Shown here piece after piece: positions 14,101 to 30,000 of a stretch of DNA of 64,000 bases. The stretch covers positions 4,934,760 through 4,998,759 of the forward strand of contig CM082576.2 in NCBI GenBank assembly GCA_040954595.2. The letters run 5' to 3'. Position 1 is the stretch's first letter. Every line of letters begins with the position of its first letter. A program made the translations under genes and the position numbers. A model generated the notes under the pieces. The model was not told the DNA's origin. It searched no databases and saw only the letters and a list, made by a program, of their open reading frames with translations. Source of the stretch: Balanoglossus misakiensis. Taxonomy: Eukaryota; Animalia; Hemichordata.

Positions 14101-17100
14101 ATTGCCAAGAAGCCAATTAATAAAATAAATTTATAGTTTTTTTAGAAGTTGGCATACACTGCAGAACAAACAAACTGAAAGGGAAGACAAGAGCGTCTGA
14201 TTGTTGTCAATATGTTGACTTGGCGTTTGCCATGCAAAGAGCGATCCCGCAGCCAATGCCGTGACGTATGGCGAAAACGGCGCACATTTTCTACGGCCAC
14301 ATTGTGTTTTAACGAGAACATTTCTGCTTCGGGGGGCAAATCATGGGCCGTAATGGGGGCTCCGTATCCCCCGTGGACGTTGTTAACCCAGACTCGTATG
14401 TCACCGGATTATGATATACGACGGTCTACTTGTTGTTGTCACCCAGTGAAATACAACCTTTGAGCAGATGTAAAGAGAGCGCCTTTTGTTGTCGCTCCCA
14501 ACAATACTCTCTAAAATGGCGAGAATTCTCGTATATTTCCACGTCTGTGAAAATTTACGCCCTAACCCGACATGGCCTGGCACTCGCGGTGCAGACGAAA
14601 TCAAAACCAAATGCGTGAAGTGTAAAGCCGCGCAATCAATTACCATGTTGGTTTACTTAAGAACTACAACGGACTAGACCAAGTAAAACGAACATTTTAC
14701 GATCTGCTGAATCGAACACAGACCACAGTGACAGTTAGTATTCTAACATTACCAAATTATTTATGTGGGGGTGATTGCCTTAATTTGCCGGGGGGAAATG
14801 CTCCCTATATGGGCCAGGGTGCCGTCCCCACATATCACGGGGCTGAGCCAAACCCAAAGAGACGGTCCCATCCACAAGCAACAGAATACACTGGGAAGTC
14901 TTCCTCCCACCCTTCGACTTACCTTTTAAACAATAGTTATTGTTGCTGGCTTTGGGTTTCGCAACGCCAGCGTTCTCTATGTGCATGCTCCCCCAAACCA
15001 TCCAACAGTTTCTTACAGCTAAAGCATAGGATGGGGGAAATGTAGGCACTGTTTTAGCTGAATGTGTTTTCTGTGTCTGTTGTTTTTTGTTTGTTGAAAA
15101 AATCATAAAATTTCGTGTAAAAGTTCCAGGGCCAAGTGTTTTCGTGGTATTGACCGAACAGTTTCCATGCAAGAGCAACACGTGTGTAATGCGAGAGCCA
15201 TTTGATCTTAACCAGAGAGCATTTCAAAAACGGAGGAAGGTTGCTCGTATCCTCTCTCTGTTAATGTTCGTTCACGGTTGACATCTTCAGTGAGCTGAAC
15301 TGACAACAAACGATAGCACAAGTACCGCCTAGAGTCTAGTTACGGATAATCTGGCACAATCTCGTCTGAATGCAAAAATGGATGGCTGTTTTGTCGCTCT
15401 TCCCCCCTTGCGCAGTCGCTGTATCAGTTGATAGTGACGTCGGCGGTGACGCTGTGCATGTGACAAGTGGCATGAGCTCGCGCGGCGGATTCTCCACCAT
15501 CATGTCGTGCCATTACTGTTACTGTACGCACCCCTCCAGATCTCATCCGCCAAAGGGCGCAACACTTCTGATGTTGAGAATCGTTCTCCTACGAATCTAC
15601 TATTCCAAATGCATGGTCTATTCACATCGGATAAGAAGTAGAGGATTGCAAAGAAGAAACTGTCGCCAAAGAATTCTCTGTTTAGGACGGTGTCAACGAG
15701 AGAAGCGCGGCGACTAACCTACTCTACCTGGTTCTACCGGAAAAAGAAGGAAGTCGCGGCAACTACTTGAATTACACGGCTGTATCTTCATTTCTTATAA
15801 ACACCTGCAAGCCTTCAACGTACGTCGGCATCACTTTCTAACGTGACCTCATACCAACGGAGCGGAACATTCAGATAAACACAGAAAAGACAATATTTTA
15901 CCGTGAATAAATCCGTTCTTGAAAGTTTAAAACAAATGTTATCAACTAGAAAAAGCAGATTGCATGAAGAAGGAAATTTATTAATGTAAATTATACTTTA
16001 AAGAAAACAAACTTCTGTCAAAACAAATCGCAAACTTCCAGCCTTCGGGAGCTTCGGTTACAAAAGCTACAATTATTTTTATCATTATTATCCAAGATTT
16101 GTTGGTTCCAATGGCAGGCTGACCGGGGCCTCAACCTGGCCATTATTGTTGGTAAAGTAAGTGTAAAAATATACAATAAATAAGCGCGAAAATCTACTGT
16201 CGTACTAGACAAAATTGTCGTGCGGGAGTCACCAATTGTGGACGGCGAAGTGCTGTTTTACCACGTTGTAGAACGCATGTCTGGATTGCGGAATCTGACT
16301 TGCAGACTATTCATTAAAACATGTCATACTTTTAACAGCGGTAAAACAGACTATTAAATAGTCAATACGCACGTAAACATAAAATGAAATTAGAATTTGC
16401 TAACAGTTAAAATGAAGAAAATTGCGAGCCTGCTCGTTGTTCTGCGCAACACACGCCAAAAGATTCAATGCGTAGACTTGTGTGTGTCAGCCATAAAACA
16501 TGACTGATTTACAATGTACCCTCGTAGGCGTATTTGATAGATAGTTACACAGTGGCCATGTTGACTTAAAGCGGCAAAATCCCATATTTTGCAGGTCATA
16601 AAATTTTCAGGATTACCACGATTGGAACTATTTCGGGATAATTGCACGGAGATAATACGGGTAAAAGTCTTAGCATGTACTATGCACCCGTTCTATTTGT
16701 CGTTTTGTTTTGTTAAAAAATTGCGCACAATTATGAATTTGTCATCAAATCCATCAAAAGTAGCGCGTTTTTTACACAGATTTTATTCGTCTGCAATTGT
16801 CAAAATTAGTTCCAATCGTGCTTTTTGAGGAGTTCTTGCTGAGCGTGAAATTATGTTTGACCTCAATCTCGTATTACACCAGGCTGTACCCTGGATTTAT
16901 CCAGTCTTGAAAATACGCACAAACAGCCGATGGGGTTAGCCAATGTAAGGGAAACGGTCGTGACATAAGCTCACAACTTGTAGAAGAGTTGCGAGATTGC
17001 AAAATTGAGGCCATGATCATCAAACGTTTCCTAAGTTTAAAACACAACAGCCTATAACAGAGCAATCATCTCAACATCGCTCACTGCTACTGCATGCAGA

Positions 17101-20100
17101 AACGAACTGAGGTCTATGAAGACACAACAGCCAAATAGTCGAATAATTTTGGCGCACAATAGTACGTCCAAGGCCAATTTCTGAATGTCATTAGTGAACG
17201 TTTTTAACGACTGAGCTGGCCAGAAAATGTCTTCAAAATCAATCCATAGCCCCGTGGTAAGCTGCAGCTCCAGGCAGGTTGCGAGAGGCACAACCATTAC
17301 AACTTGTACGCGGGTCGGATTCGAGACACAGAGGCACCTCACATGCAAACAGAACACGATCCGCGAAAAAAAAGACGAATGAAGGGACGGGTTCGCATCG
17401 AGACAGGCTTGGGACAAACGCGCACCACATCGGAGGTTTAACCCGCTTTTTGACAAAAAATGAAATTACTCGAATCTATTTCTGTTTGCTTAATTGTTTT
17501 CCGCCGAGAATATTGAAATCAAATGCATTTGGATCTTCCTCTGCGGTATAACTTGCAAATATTTCCATTTTCCCCGCCCACACTACTCATTTCCAACATA
17601 AATTGCATCCATTCGAACTAGCCCTACTACCAGCTTGTTTTTCCGCCCGTCACTTTATATAGAAGTAATCAACAACAAAATGATGAAGGAAAATATTCGA
17701 ATTAATCACCCTTGTTTGTCAGTATAGGAAATGGCGCCGAACTTTTGCCAAGTACAGTTGTCTTAATACCGCGCTTCCAACGCGCAGAATCCTTTCACCG
17801 CGAAGCGATTCATCATAAGTTCAATTTCGAAATCACTCAATCCTACTTATCGGGCATTTCGCGAAAACGCGTAGACAATATAAGAAGACAGAAGACGTAT
17901 TGGTTAAAATCAAGACTCTTTTCCAATTGACGGACTTACATATTCTGGTTAGGCGTACAAGCTACCATAAATTAACCTGAACATGCGAGCTCTCACTGGC
18001 GAACTCGGTTCATACGATGTGACAGGCATAGCTACCGGTGTTCTGCCGTGTAATAAATGGAAGTAATTTACCTCCCGTGTCTGCAATGAAATTATCGACC
18101 AAACCCTGGCAGGGGTGTGTTTATCGATCTTTTTATATTAGAGGTAATGATTTGTTTATCTATCTGTCACGTGGTTAGAATCTACAACCTTCCCTCAGGT
18201 GTGTGTGTGAGTGTGAGGTGGATGGACTCCAAGTGAAAAAGTCTCTCCTGAAAAGCTCGTAATGTAACTTTCACAAAAGTTAACAAGGTATTGTTAATTG
18301 AAGCAGGGCCCGTGTGTTACCATGTTTACCGACACACCTGTTGGACGGATGCCAAGCCGCTTTCCTTACTCTCCCGCCATAATGCAGCTTGCATCGCGCA
18401 ATATGACAAATTGGGCGAGCGGGGAATAACGCCGACGGCCCCCAGACGGTATGAAAATAATAAATTCACAATTCCGCAGATGGCTCGAATAATCTCGCGC
18501 GTGGGAGCCAATGGCGTCGCAGCGCGTGGCAGGACAAATTTTAAAACTGGCGTGAAGGAAATGTTTGAGACCCGGAGTCGTGCCGAACAGGGCGAGATCG
18601 GATAAATAATGATGGGGCAAAACTTCCACGCGGTGCTGTCACAAATATCATTCCACCGAAGCTAATTCGACGCAAGCTCTACGAATAGATTGACCTCCCA
18701 ACGATTTTGTCTCCAGGAAATGCCATAAAGGCTTGTCATAAAGGCAGTATTGGTGTAATAGTTGCTTTCGATCAAATTACTTCCATCGGAACCTGGTCTC
18801 AGGCACTCCGTAGACTTGTTTCGGACCCCGCGTCCGCGCCCACCGACCTCCGAATTTTCCCAAACGAAAGCGAAGTTTAAAGGCCTTACCTCCTACGTCA
18901 AACAACGTCTGCACCGAGGGCGTTGGACCGAGCAAATTCTTTACAGCTTAGATAACCCCAGCAGAAATTTATGTTTCATGAAAACCGCCATCATAATAAA
19001 TTCTCAAGGGACAAGAAATCTTATCCTTAAAGTCACGAAGGGGAAAATTAGAAGCCGCAAAATAAAAAGACGTCTAACCTTGTAAATCATGAGAACTTTG
19101 GTGTGAACTTTATAAGTGTGGTTTTGCATGTCGTGCTAGCTTCACCAATATTGTGGCAGTTAATGGAAATACTGATAGTATTAGGAGGTCATTTAATCCT
19201 AAGTAAAACTGAAGTGTTGAACCCACAGTCTTGATTTCAACAGGAAATAATGGATCAAAAGTCGTAAATTAAAATACCTGAAGCAGTCAGACGTAATGGT
19301 ACAGGCAAAATGCCACTTAACATGTATTAGAAAAACGACTGGTACTCTCGTTAAATTCCTGACAGAAGTCAAACTTGCTTAAAGTCGATTAAGAAAAAAA
19401 ATATGAAAGGGGAAAGAATACCGTTTTTTTTCCTGGCTCGCGTTTTCAGAAGAGCCGGTCCATGTCGGGAGCTGGAGTCCAGGAAATGTATTTTTTGTAA
19501 AGGGAACAAGACTCAGACACGATTGCGGCTATTTTGGGATAATTGCAGACTACTAAAATGTGTGGAAAACGAGTAGTATTCGTAGTACTTGTGGAGAAAG
19601 TCGTAATTCTTCCAACGGTTGTGAACAAAACATAACGACATAAGCGGCGGGTGTGTAGTACATGTACTATACGCTCGGAGTTTTACGCAGTTTATTAGCA
19701 CGCAATTACCCCAAAAATGGTTCAAATCGTGCGACAATGTTTGACATGTTTGGTTGAAAGAAAATCGAAACTGCATAGCAAAAATCGTGTTGGCCATATA
19801 TTTTTTTTATAAACCGACGGAAAGACTGAGTTGCGCGAATAATCCTTCGGGAGAGAAATTCACATACATTTCGGGCTGAAACTCCAAGTATGGCTTAGTG
19901 AGAATTGCGCTTTTGTACATAGTAACCGAGGTATCGCAGCTGATAATATCACATTATGATGAGTGTATGAATAATTACCCAACCCATGACAGACAGTGCA
20001 TCATTTTGGTATTCTTTCGCCATTCTGATATGTATCGACATATCAGGCGCACTATATTAACCACACGTTGAGTTCATTCCTGAACAAAACGCGCGACTAT

Positions 20101-23100
20101 ATTTCGCGATTTTCCGAAATGTGGTGTAATATTACTCATTGAGAGCATATAATAAACACAAGAGATATTTCTCTCTTTTTGAATAGGAAGCTTCAAAATG
20201 TTCCTCGGCAGCGACGGCTGATTGGTGCGATCATTATCCTACACCCATAATTAAAAAAAACACCCGACAACTCGTGCATTATTAACAAGAGTAACCGTGA
20301 GAAATAACCCGCTCCTTGACGTGTTTTTTTTCGTCAAGAAATCATTTCATATACTGTGAGTGAAAGGAAAGATCCAGGGCTAAGCCTTACTGCAAATGTG
20401 TTTTTGACAGGCAAGAGGCCTGGCTATAGTCGACCGGTGATCAATTTGATTGTATTGCTCATCAATGACCACGTTCAGGATTCAAGATTGTGTCTAAATC
20501 TTGATTGAGTGAGGATATAACAAGAACCCGTTGTGTTGGTAGGGTTTTGTGGGGGTATAGACTCAACAAAACGACAAACTGCTAAAACGAGAAACCATTT
20601 TGCAGTTTCGACATGTGGCTAGCTCTCCAAGTTGAAAGGTGTGTAAGTGTGTTTTCTTATATAATTATTGCTGAGCATGTATTATAAAATTTCCTCTGTT
20701 TTGATACCATGTGTCAAATTAGAAAAATTCAAACGGTGAAGTCACAAAAAGTCTATTTTTTACATCACAGCCACACGGAAAGTGCTCCGTGTTTTTTTTC
20801 TTGTTTTTCTCGGTTTAACAAGTATTGAGAGAATGACGTAGGCCGAGGTGCGTTTGATCAGCCAAGTTTAAGGGTGTGAGGCCAGCCAGGTGTTCAAACA
20901 CTGAGGAACATTACTCTCGTCACGTTTGGTTAATGTTTTTGAAGTTTAGATGTGCACACGAGTAGGTGAAAGAGGTTTTTTCTGGTGCAAAAATACAGCG
21001 TCATTCAGAAGTGTTGCGCCACACGTACAGACGCGTCCATTTATGCCCTTTTGATTTTTCAACAATAAAATGTGTTAAAAGCATTCCTGTTCACTTTTTT
21101 AGAATATAAAAGCATTATTTGATCTGTAAATAATTGATTTTTTTTGTTGGGTTTGATGATTAAGCCATATCGATTGAATAACATTCTGAAACTGCCGACA
21201 CATAGTGTTTTCGACGCGGGTTCTGTGACGATGGTTGAATTGTTTGGCTCTGAACATGTCGCTTGTTGTTAAAACTAAAGTATGAAAACGAAACGAATGC
21301 ATTTGATGGATTCAATCAACAAGATATGTGTTATTAAATGTTGAAATTGTAAACATAATTTTGTAAAATTTCAGTTATCAATTCTTACATTTACAACTGC
21401 ATGTATTAGAATTATGAAAGAACGAAAAACGTTAGATGTAAGCCATGCTTGTTAAAAATTTCTTCGGCTTCTGCAAGCTTGAACGTATACTCTCCCTATT
21501 TTCAACATTTCGCGTTTTTCGGCTGCAACCACCCTGTAATTGGATGCATTCTTTGAAACAGAAGCGAATTTCGTTCAGTCGAGATCGAGGACCGGCATCG
21601 ATCGGTGGATTTCGTTTGTTGGTGTCGAGAACTCGATAAACAAACGGCAGAAGCTCCTGCCACGGTCTCAGGGTCAGGTCTGTTTCTGGGCGGACTTCAC
21701 ATAAAAGGGATCATCGTACCGGTCCGGTTTAATGTGACATTCTGTAAAATTATGAAGGCTACTTAGATCCAACTTTCAAGAGAAGTACAAGGGAAAATGA
21801 CTCGATGTAGGAGCACTTCATTTTGATGTAAATATCGCAAATGCGATCCTTTTATGTTTGGAAACCTTGAACTGTCGGCGGCCGCGAGCATCGCGGTTTT
21901 TAGTCGCATCTCCTAAGATGCTAGCGTGAAGTAAGGTGTAAGACTAGTGTTGTTAATCCAGTGTGAAAGTGTCTATTAATGGTTGGGCTTTGCGGGAAAG
22001 ATTTGGAATATTGAACTTTAGAAACAGGTTCCGACGCCCTTTTTCTAAAAGAGGTCCTAATCATATATTAGATATATGACCACTTATAATGTGGCTTACT
22101 TTCAGAAAATGGGGAAAATGTGAAAATTCCTTTTCAGATAAACTGCAAACTTCACGTGATATTTTCCCCTGTGATCCAAAATTTATAATCTTGGATAAAG
22201 TCAAATCCGAGTCTAAGATTTCCTCTGTATTTTATGTTTTCATTTCAAGACAGGCGACGGTCGCTGTACTGAGGGTTCCGCATCTGTAGTTGTAAATTGT
22301 TTCACATGATTTGGCAGAAGTCTGGCGCTGTCATAAGTCATGTAAACCAATTCATTAGCAAGCCAATTGCTGCTATGTTATTATTATTTTTTTCGGCCAG
22401 TGAAGGAATTTCTGACTGGAAAAGGTAGCGCGCCGATCCACTTTCGCACAGAGGTTGAAATTGCAACAACATATATTACATATTATCCTTGGCCGCTAAT
22501 CTTTCTCTGGTAGAAACTGTCTTCAAATTATAATATGATCGTAAATCCTGAACAACACAATAATGGTGTTGCTTTTAGTAAATTTTAAACCAAAAATAGA
22601 TGAAGACTTGAACACCCTTCCATCGACATGTAATCGATGCCCGAAATTCATATACTCATCGAGAAAAACCCGCCCTCGAAGTAAAGTAGCTTTTTGTGGC
22701 ATGTATGAATACATGTCTCTTGAGTGTTGCATTATACTAAGAAAGAAAAATATGACAATTAATAAAAGTTCCTGTTTTCTTTAAGGCGTATGGCATAATG
22801 TTATAGAAATGCATAATTAATACATTGCTGAGCAGAAGGTAAACTACAAATGTTTGCATGCAATATGGAGCCTTTCTAACTATAAGGCAGATCCTCACAG
22901 GATCACCATAACTCTTCCGCACCACATTGTCCTATCATATAACATCCATATTTCTAAATATAACTTGTATATAAAGAAGATATTATGTTATATGTATTTA
23001 TAGATCGTATAGTTTGGTGTCCATATTACGGTGTATCGATATCGCACTCGGCGTTTTTGGTGAGGGTTGAGGTTTCGACTTCTATGTCATCGCCCATGAC

Positions 23101-26100
23101 CGTTCGTTCCCGGTTGCGCGTCCGCAAAGCCATACTCAGGCGCGGTCTCCATCTCGGGGTCATCCAAGTGTGTTATCACTTTCTTGTTCTAAGGAATGAA
23201 AGATTTAGTGTTGGTACGGCGATTAATTTGCAGTGTGTGACCAAGATTTGTGCACCAGTGCACTTGTGTTGGTAAACCCTTCCCACATGTGGATGTGTGT
23301 ACGAGTCGATTATTTTGCTTCTAGTTTCAAGTAGTTGTCACGAAATAATTATAGAGATCGGAGAACCAAGAGAATCATTCACCACTGCAATCCGGCCCAC
23401 TGACAGAGAAATTAATTCGTGTTTTAGTGGAATAGGTTTAGAAAATAAGCATAGAAGTTTCGGACGAATGCATAGGCACATGTTATACTTTCGTTTCGTT
23501 GGATAGCAATGTCTTTAAAAATGTACAAAAGTGAGAGCAAAGTCATCTTGTCAGCAACATAATCAAACAATATCCCCACATCCATACTGTGCAGACAAAC
23601 CACGCCTATTAACATTCATGACATGGCTCTTCTTCTGTTTAAAATTAAAACTCAGACGACGAGACTTTGCTCTCACATAGGTGATCTCTTGGTCCGATTC
23701 CCCCAAGTGCTGACACCGTCATGAAACATTGATGAAGGCAGGGTTGGCATCTCTGACAGATACTGACTCGAAACTTTGTAATGCAAGAAATCGAGAATAC
23801 CAGACCAGTGTGAAAGGGCAAGACGATTTATAACCCTTTAATTAGAATCGGAAAACTACAAAACACTTCGAGTGTTAATCGTCCTTCTTTGGTTCTGGTT
23901 TTGAAGAAGTTCTTCGAGGAAGCTGCATACCCCTCCCGCCCTTTTAGGGACCCCGGGTTAATCAGATGTTTGTTTTATTGATCTGTATTACATATGCGGC
24001 CTTCTATTGATTGGTGTTTTGTTCTTCCATTGTATGTAAACATCCGGGGCCTTCTCAGGGTTTCTCCCCGCGTGATAGTTGCTGGGCAAGTCTCGAATTT
24101 TCTCGGACAAGAGTAAATAAACTTTTGCGCAAAAAAACAGGGAGTGAAAAATCATTCTCGCTTGAACAAGTGTTCGACATTAATTTGTTTGCAACAAAAC
24201 AACATAACCAGCGTAATCCCCGTGGCATAAATCATATCCGAATAAGGCCGTCAGACGTTCTATTAAAAATTGTGGGCGTGTTACACGATTGGGCGCTGGC
24301 CCATATAATGTTTTTGCGGCGGAGCTGCCTCGACTCATTCGGGTCTGCTGTTCCGGCGACGAGACGACGGTGGCTCCATTTGTTCGTTCGTCTACTAAAC
24401 TATTCGTAAGTTTGCATTTTTTGAGTATCGTTCTTACTTTCCGTATCTATCAACCGCAATTCCCCCTAAGCATGCAGGCTGGGCATTTCGTCCACTCTTA
24501 TCCTTCTCCCGACCGCAACAGTAACAGGTCAGGGAGTGATGATGCATTTTCTTGGTGTAAACTTCGATTTATAACTTCGTTGCGACTCGTCAACAAGTGA
24601 AAATCTCTCAACTTTCGGGAGGCATTTACTTCCCGCCTTCATTCGCTTTCCATTTTCGACGGATTTTTGACATCAGTCGCCGTCATAGGTTTCAAATCGG
24701 CCGCATGTCTTTCGACGGACACCCTCTCTCTCTCTGGGAGATCTCAGAGATCACTTTCGCTCGCTTTCTTCGGCGTGAAGTGGTCCGATCCCTCGTGTTG
24801 ATATGTCAGGGGTTGATGTCAGTCTTGTTGTTCCTATCTGTGGGGGAAAATATACACACAGTTTCTTCAAATCGCTTTCGGTTGATGCAGTTTACGCGCC
24901 GGTTTTGTCGAACGACCTGCATGGTTACTATCTATCATATATAAATAGCCCCATAAAAAGTAAGGCTTATTTGATAACGTCACAGAACGCGTGCATACTC
25001 GCACTTTTTTCGTTTCATTTTTCAAAAGCAATTGGACAAATTCGTTTAATTTTTCCCTCTGTGAAGATACCATTTGGAAGTGAAGATAGCAACATTAATT
25101 CAATGGTGTCAGCCAAGTAAACGAAGGCCACGTTTTTTAGTCAGTGCATATCTTACATTCCACATTTTATATATTACTGGCGTTTGTAAATTTCCCCAAC
25201 AGAATACAAAGATAGGACCAACCGAAACTATAACTGTTTTTAAACAGAAAAATACTGAGTTGGAAGTAGGCTAATATTGTTTTTAGAAGTTAAGGAAACT
25301 CTAATAACTTAGATTATTTTTAATTTTTAGGTTATTACTAACCAGTTTATTTAAATCAATCTTAGTGAGTATGTGATTTAATCTTAATATTTCTTGAAGG
25401 AACATGCACGCGGCAGTTTTTAAATGATATTGTTGACGTGTATAATTGATGTGAATTCATTGTGAGTGCATAAAGGTATATGGCGTGGTCGTGTTGAAGC
25501 CCCCTCTCCCCTGCCAACACTTTGCACAGAAATATGCTTAAAGGTCTGCAATTATGCAAAGAACATATAGGCAATAAAAAGTGTCTTTTGCAAGATCTGA
25601 GACCTTTCTCAACATGCTAGTCATGTTACACCGATTTCTCGCACGGATTATGCTGCGATCAAGAAACTGTCATTTGAATGGAGCTCACGAAATCCCAAGC
25701 GCGCTCATCAGCTTAAATTATTAATCAAAAGTATCAACCAGCACGGGGTGATCCGGATCGAATTCTCACTAATTCGAAGTTAATTGGCGTTTGTTTTCAG
25801 AGTGTGAAGCATACGCGTCGAAAGACGCCAACATGAAATGGCATGTCTTATCATGTACGCTTGTTGACAGAAATATTACAAATTATAATTTAATCAGCGT
25901 ACCGTACCTGTTTATTGTTGTGATGACCCCGATAAGAGGGGGACTTTTCGCGAAAGTTAATCCGAATCAGATGGCAAAAACGATAGAGCCAGCGTAATTT
26001 ATTTTTTTATCTTTATTACCCAAAAGGCAACATAAGGCGAATCACTAATGCTGCAGCCGCTGTTTTATCGTCGCCTCGTGCGTTCTATGTATAGTTTACA

Positions 26101-27003
26101 TGGGGCATATCGCGATCATCATTGATAAATTCGATTTGGGTTGTATTTTGGCACAATTATTTCTCCATTCTGACAGTTGACGTTCGAAGATGGGATTCCT
26201 ATACCGTCGCTTTATGGTGACGTTTTTGTTTTTATGACTCCTGAAATGAGCGATTCGGTTTATCTAGCGGACATCTTGTGTCATTTCGAAGGCTGATGAT
26301 TCCAGTTCACTCACACACTGCTGTAGTGACTTTGCTCCATTCTACCAGCAAAGATACTGAAACGTGGGCGTTATCTACATGTATTTGAAGTATCATAGAA
26401 TTTGTTTTTTTCTGATATACAAGTTATTTTTTACGCTGCGAGTAATGGGGCATTAATACACTTGAACTGAAGCATTGTGAAAGGATGCAGGGAGACACAC
26501 GGACAAGACAGAGCTATATGGCAGAACTGTGTGGCCTCTGTGTCCGATTTAGATGTCGCACAGAAGTTATTTCCACCAGTGCGCTGTATTCTGCGGCAAA
26601 TAGCTGGAATTTTTCCATTTAATCACACTCTTTCAACAGGGACACGTTTAACTAATTTGCATATAGCCAGTGCAAACTATCAGTTTTTATTTGCTGACAG
26701 CAACCATGCAGGTACACATATGCAATAGAGTAGGTTATTTGGATACCTGTTCAGTATTTTAGGTATATTACCAGCAAGAAGCGGGCATTTCTCACTTTGG
26801 TTGCATATTACATACTAGACGTGACTCGACTACGGTCCATCACTGCCACGCATGCCACTCTACTATGAAAGTTCATGTGCTGCCAGTGGTGCTATTCCTC
26901 TGTAGTGAGGTATTCCATCTTGCATGCGTTACATGCATGTACAAAAGTTCCGTTTCTTCAGTAATCAGTTCCTTGTGATATAGAAGTGAAAACATTAGGT
27001 AAT

Positions 27004-27043
27004 CCCCCCCTCTCTCTCTCTCCCCTCTCTCCCCCCCTCCCTC
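27004..27043. repeat. Pure polypyrimidine (C/CT) tract
   Basis: About 40 nt of C/T only. Confidence 0.8.
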
Positions 27044-30000
27044 ATTCACATTAATTCATTTTTACCAGTTCTAATCTCACTTTCACCTATCCTTCCCCTG
27101 TCTCGAATCAAAATCGACATTCTGTTCTGGCTGATGTGATCACATACTTTCCTTTTCGCGGCCTGAAACCCAAATTGACCTGCGCGGAGTGGCTCAGTAA
27201 TCACAATTTAAAATTTTGCAGTTTGGCTTAGACTGTGCATGCATACCAAGTCACTGCAAAGGAATGGATGGCAAAGACCCGAACTACATAGACAAGTCAG
27301 CAACACCCATGACTCCCTCTCACGCGCGATGACGTAGTCTCCGCGCCGATTGCGCGTTGCTGCCGATAGTCTAAATTAAAATAAGGTCTCCTTGGAGATC
27401 TCGAGTGAATTGAATTGCTTTCCATCTGCATGGCCAAGTACTTTAAATGGATAAACTACCACTTTAGCGATTCTTTATGGCTGGCTTGGAAACCTCGTCG
27501 AAAAGGCCAAGCAGGAAGGGGAGTAACTATGCTCAGTGATAAGTGTCTATACTGTCAACTTCCCCGCGATCCCTGGCTCCAAAATGATTGTTATTTATCT
27601 CCAGCTTCAATGCGCATGTTTCTCCCCATTGAAACGGACATTTTTAACTTCAATTTGGCATCCGTATTTACAACAGTGGGAGCTTACTAGATCAGTCTTA
27701 TGTCTGTGTGCCCGTCGCTGTGTGCATGGATGCGTGTTTGTCTGCCTGTCTATCTGTCTGCCTATCTGTGTCTGCCCTAAAATAGCCGAGGAAAAGTAAT
27801 GCGCTGGAAACAATACAACGCATTCGAAACCAATAATGGCCAAAATGATGCAAATCAAACAGGGCTGGTGTAGATGGAATGAACAAACACCAAAAACAAG
27901 CAAAAACCAAACGCTCGCCAAATCCACACTGCCAGGCTATAAATTCACTATAACAGACAACGCAATTATTTACAATTAAACGAAAAAACAAACACCACAA
28001 CTATCGGCGCTCAACTGTGTAGAATCATAGTCTCGTGTTTCGGAGGGTGTTATTTTTTTTTTACAAAGCGGCGTGATTTGCCAAATTGTAAGCAATCGCG
28101 TTCATCATTTTTCACCCCCAGGTAATCGGTAACATCAAAGGTGATTCCTTGCGCCGCCTATACCTGGAACAATCAGGGCAACCCCAACACTTTCAAAGAT
28201 CATGAGGATCCAGAGCACTTTTTTCAATATGTTAAAGTTTATGGTAATTATCAGCATGACAATGCAAATCCCATTGTCAGCATGAGACACGCACAAGGCA
28301 GGGTTACTGTGAACCCATTTCGTTTCGTGCGCACTATGACAGTCCACAAGTAGTACATGTATCGAAAATGTCTTTGATCATTTTGAATATTTATTTTTTG
28401 CTCTAACGATAAAATACCACAATGGCAAAGAATGTTGTGATAAAGAATTGGATGATTGTAAATTTTGAATGAAGCGGTGATGCCCCGCGAAAGACACTTG
28501 TGCTTTTCCCCCATTACATGTAAGACGAAAATGGACGGTGGTTTGAACCCCGGTATCACCTGGGACTTCACGCTGGTATTATCACTGATTGTACGCATCT
28601 AGCGCTGTCGTCATTCCCAGAGCAATTTCATACAAACGTGTCTTAATCTCAGTTGATGAATGTACCACCGTGGCGTGGCCATTTCCTCTCGCTGATCTGT
28701 GTAAGTCTATCATATCAATTAAAGAACATCGTCTTCTGCGCGTGTCATGTCACAAAGTTGACGAGGCATCACCATCCACAATTTCTAACGAGATTAAATA
28801 TAAATCAAATTGGTATCTGTTTTTGTATATTACAGACGAAAAAGCCTAACTTGAGAAAATGTTATTTCGAAGGCATCATGGTAGTGCCATACATGACCCT
28901 TGTACATTTACCGTGTAGGCCTAAGTGCTAATTGCAATTTCATGGTTATATCTTTATTTTGTCATATTTTATGAGTTTAAAAATGTGTTTCCTAAAGAGA
29001 CAAAATGGTAGTAGAACTGTATATTTGCGATCCTTAATATTTGCAACGAACTCATTAATATGCATTAATTATGCTGCGTGTAGTCCGTGAGCGCCTAAAA
29101 CACCCCTCCAAAATACACCCTGGGTGAACGGAATATGTAATTGCTGCGGCCTGAGTGTTGTAGTTGTTTTTTCTTCTTCAGTGAATTGTGCATGCAGCCA
29201 TGTGTAACTCTAATAAATCTCCAGTGATTATCAGATGGAGAAAAACATTGCATTTCGAACTGGCAATAGTACGAAACAGATCGTATACCTCAAGGCGTAA
29301 TGATGTCAAAATATATCGATCATGCTATATGTTTTACAGCGACTTGTGGAGAGCTAGTCGTTCACTTGTTCTTCCTGTCCGTGCACGTGAGTGCAGATAC
29401 CTTGTTGCTCCTATACAGGTAAGGCAGTGCAAGTCACCGTTGCCTTTGCGATCTGGCGACTCGTTTTAGTAACGCGCCTTGGTCCTAATTGGGGTGATTT
29501 CAGTGAGGGGGGGGGGGAGATGCGAACGCCATGCGTTGTATACCGTCATCCGGGGCTTTGTTCGCTGTGGGGTGAGAGGGTAGCAAAGGCCAACGCAAGT
29601 AAGGGCGTACTATCTCGGTCGTGCCTTGCATCTTATAGTGTACGTTTTCAATGAGTAACGGAGTGGGGGGGGGGGGGTTGCTTGTCACAGGAACATGATT
29701 TTGGTGAAAAGGTTGCGATGCACAGTATTTTTAATATTCGACTTTTTCTTGGCCGCGTAGGCTACACAATCGCCATTTCCACTTAAAAATCCAGTTTTAA
29801 ATTCCATCTGCTCCGTTTATATATTCAGCTATGGGGAGTGTGGTTCCGATCTTAATTCCCCCGGGGGTTGACATACAGCTGCTGACTTTTCCAGAATGGA
29901 GGAGAGCGTTTCACCCTCAATTGCCAACCCCAAACACTGTTTTCCACTGACACAGTGGATTCTCTGGTCGCCGTAGCGATGGAATGATTATCAGCGTAGC

